From NCBI RefSeq assembly GCF_018350175.1, contig NC_058368.1:171990001-172054000 (forward strand): a stretch of DNA of 64,000 nucleotides, in the 5' to 3' direction. Shown here one piece after another: positions 61,957 to 64,000 of the stretch. The first letter of the stretch is position 1; the number at the start of each line of letters is the position of its first letter. Origin of the DNA: Felis catus. Lineage: Eukaryota. The notes beneath the pieces were generated by a model. It was not told the origin of the DNA. It did no database searches and saw only the letters and a program-made list of their open reading frames with translations. The position numbers and the translations under genes were made by a program.

Positions 61957-63833
61957 TAAAACAGAGGTTTTGGCATAGAAGTCCTGTCCTTGTGAGGCAC
62001 TGAGGAAAATGAGTGGAACTAAGTAGCAGGGCAGCTCCTCCCCATCCCCTCCTGCTCTGTCCCCTTGAGCTGTGTGTAACAGCTTCTGAGCATCTCCTCC
62101 TAATGCTGCTGGGGGAGCAAAGGGTGCTCCTTCGGCCTGAGGGGCTATGTAGTAGGAGAAGGGTTATGAACCACAGTTCCTCTGCTAGCTGGGACTCCCT
62201 ACCCTAGGACTCATCCGCCCCTACCCACAGCTTCCTGGGACCAGCATGGACTGGCATGTGGTCTTCCTCCATCCCAGTGCCTAACAGAACAGCTGATACT
62301 GTTAGAGGAAAAGGAGCTTACAGGTCAAAATAACAGGAGATTTGAAAAGCACAACCGTTTCAAAAAGAAAGACAACACGATCAACTACCAAATTCTATCA
62401 GCAATAGAAATATTAGAACTAACCAAGACTTAAGCTAAATTGCTAACTATGTCAGAAGAAACAGAGCAATAAGAAACAAGAACGAGAAAATATAGGAAAG
62501 AGACAAGCAAAAATATTAGATACAAAAGAGTTGAAATAAAGAATACGCTGTGTGGCATATATAACAGAATGGAGTAAACTTGAAAACTGGAAGGGAAGAT
62601 TGAAAAATATGTATCAATGAATAAATACATTACTTACAGAAGAAAACATCCATAGATTGTAAAAACAGCTAAGGCCAGAGATAAAGCAAAAATGTATCCA
62701 TAACTGCCCAGAATTAAAAATGAAGACAACATCAACATGTTGGTAGGTGGGGTGAGGGAGACCAAAGAATGAGAGCTTCCTGCATCTAATTTCCTTTATC
62801 TAAATTTCTTTAGACAAAAAATTTAAAAGAAAGTAAATAGAAATGTAGAAACAGTAAGACAAATTGAACTAACAAGGACCCTCAAAATAGGTCTGAATAT
62901 GTAAATAAGAAAACAATGATTAGTTCCAGGGAAAATAAAAAACAGCAAGAACACTACATGTACATGCTATGTACACTATATGGTATAACTAAATGGTATT
63001 TACAAAGTCACAATAATGTAAGTGGTGAATGTGTATCTAACCAAAATTATGATACAAACACCTGAGGAAGATGGGGACACAGGAGGACTGCATGTGTATG
63101 TCAGGGACAAGCCAGGAAAGGGAACCAAATCCTACCAGTAGGAATCAAGAGCTAATGTGTCAAATAGAAAAATTAAAAGGTGGCTAGACAAGAATGTTAT
63201 TTAGAAACACAGAGGTAAATGACAAAATAATCTGCCATAAATGTAGGGATAATGGTTGCTTTTAAGGAATGCAGTATAGGCAGCAGGGTTTGCTGTTTTT
63301 CTTTAAAAATCTTACAGAAGTATCTGAGTCTTCATTTCACGGACGACTTTTAAAAAAATGAATACTTCAGAGTATGAAGGGAAAGAAGAGAACTCAGAAT
63401 TCATAAGGGCTGGAATCCCCACTCTCTACAGCTTGGGAAGTCTGGCCCCATGAGCCTGAGGTACCATCTACATTCTATGCAACTAATGGGAAGCAGGTGT
63501 CTTCCACAGAAGACACTCAAGGAACCAACTGAACACAGTTTGTCCTATCTAGAAAGAAAGAACCACTCTATCAAAAGATGTTGACTTCTTCATTCTCAGT
63601 CAGAATCAATACAGGTCCCATTAGGAATGAGTTTCAACTTCCTAATCCTTGTCCTCACATGGTGGTGACCAAGGCTAGATTTCTACCAAACACGAGGTGT
63701 GGCAGGGCTGATCCCTGACCACTGCACCTGTCAAAGTTATCAAAATGACTTCCTCAGAGAGCCCACTTCACATCTTCATTCTCCAAATGTATATAAGAAA
63801 TAAGATGGTTTTTTTTTTCTTCTAATGACTCCT

Positions 63834-64000
63834 GGGGTGCCTGGGTGGCTCAGTCAGTTAAGTGTCGGACTCTTGATCTTAGCTCAGGTCATGATCTCAC
63901 AGTTAGTGAGATCGAGCCCTGAGTCGAGTTGTCTGCTGACAGAACAGAGCCTGCTTGGGATTCTCTCTCCCCCTCTCTCTCTGCCCCACCCCTGCTCACA
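63834..64000 (+). mobile_element. Can-SINE (cut by the window end)
   Basis: Head and body visible. Confidence 0.87.

Overview
Mammalian genomic DNA from a carnivore, most likely a felid (dense Can-SINEs of feline type and a young feline-type L1; the species cannot be fixed from sequence alone). The window is the conserved APC-SRP19-REEP5 locus. It holds the 3' part of APC on + (alternative exon 10A, classical exons 11-14, the 6.58-kb final coding exon and 3'UTR), the complete 5-exon SRP19 gene on + (435-nt CDS, 144 aa, CpG-island promoter), and the last two coding exons plus 3'UTR of REEP5 on -. The rest is retrotransposon-rich intron and intergenic DNA. I found no new multi-gene system. The best leads concern RNA processing: a dormant GC-donor poison exon in APC intron 10, an inverted pair of ~95% identical L1 3'UTRs bracketing APC exons 13-14, frame compatibility of an APC exon 14 to SRP19 exon 2 read-through splice, and recursive-splice-like AG|GT sites at SRP19 exon 5 and APC exon 10A. 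Exon coordinates were read from splice sites and frame. Repeat boundaries and subfamily names are approximate and made by eye. Comparisons with human are from memory and need verifying.
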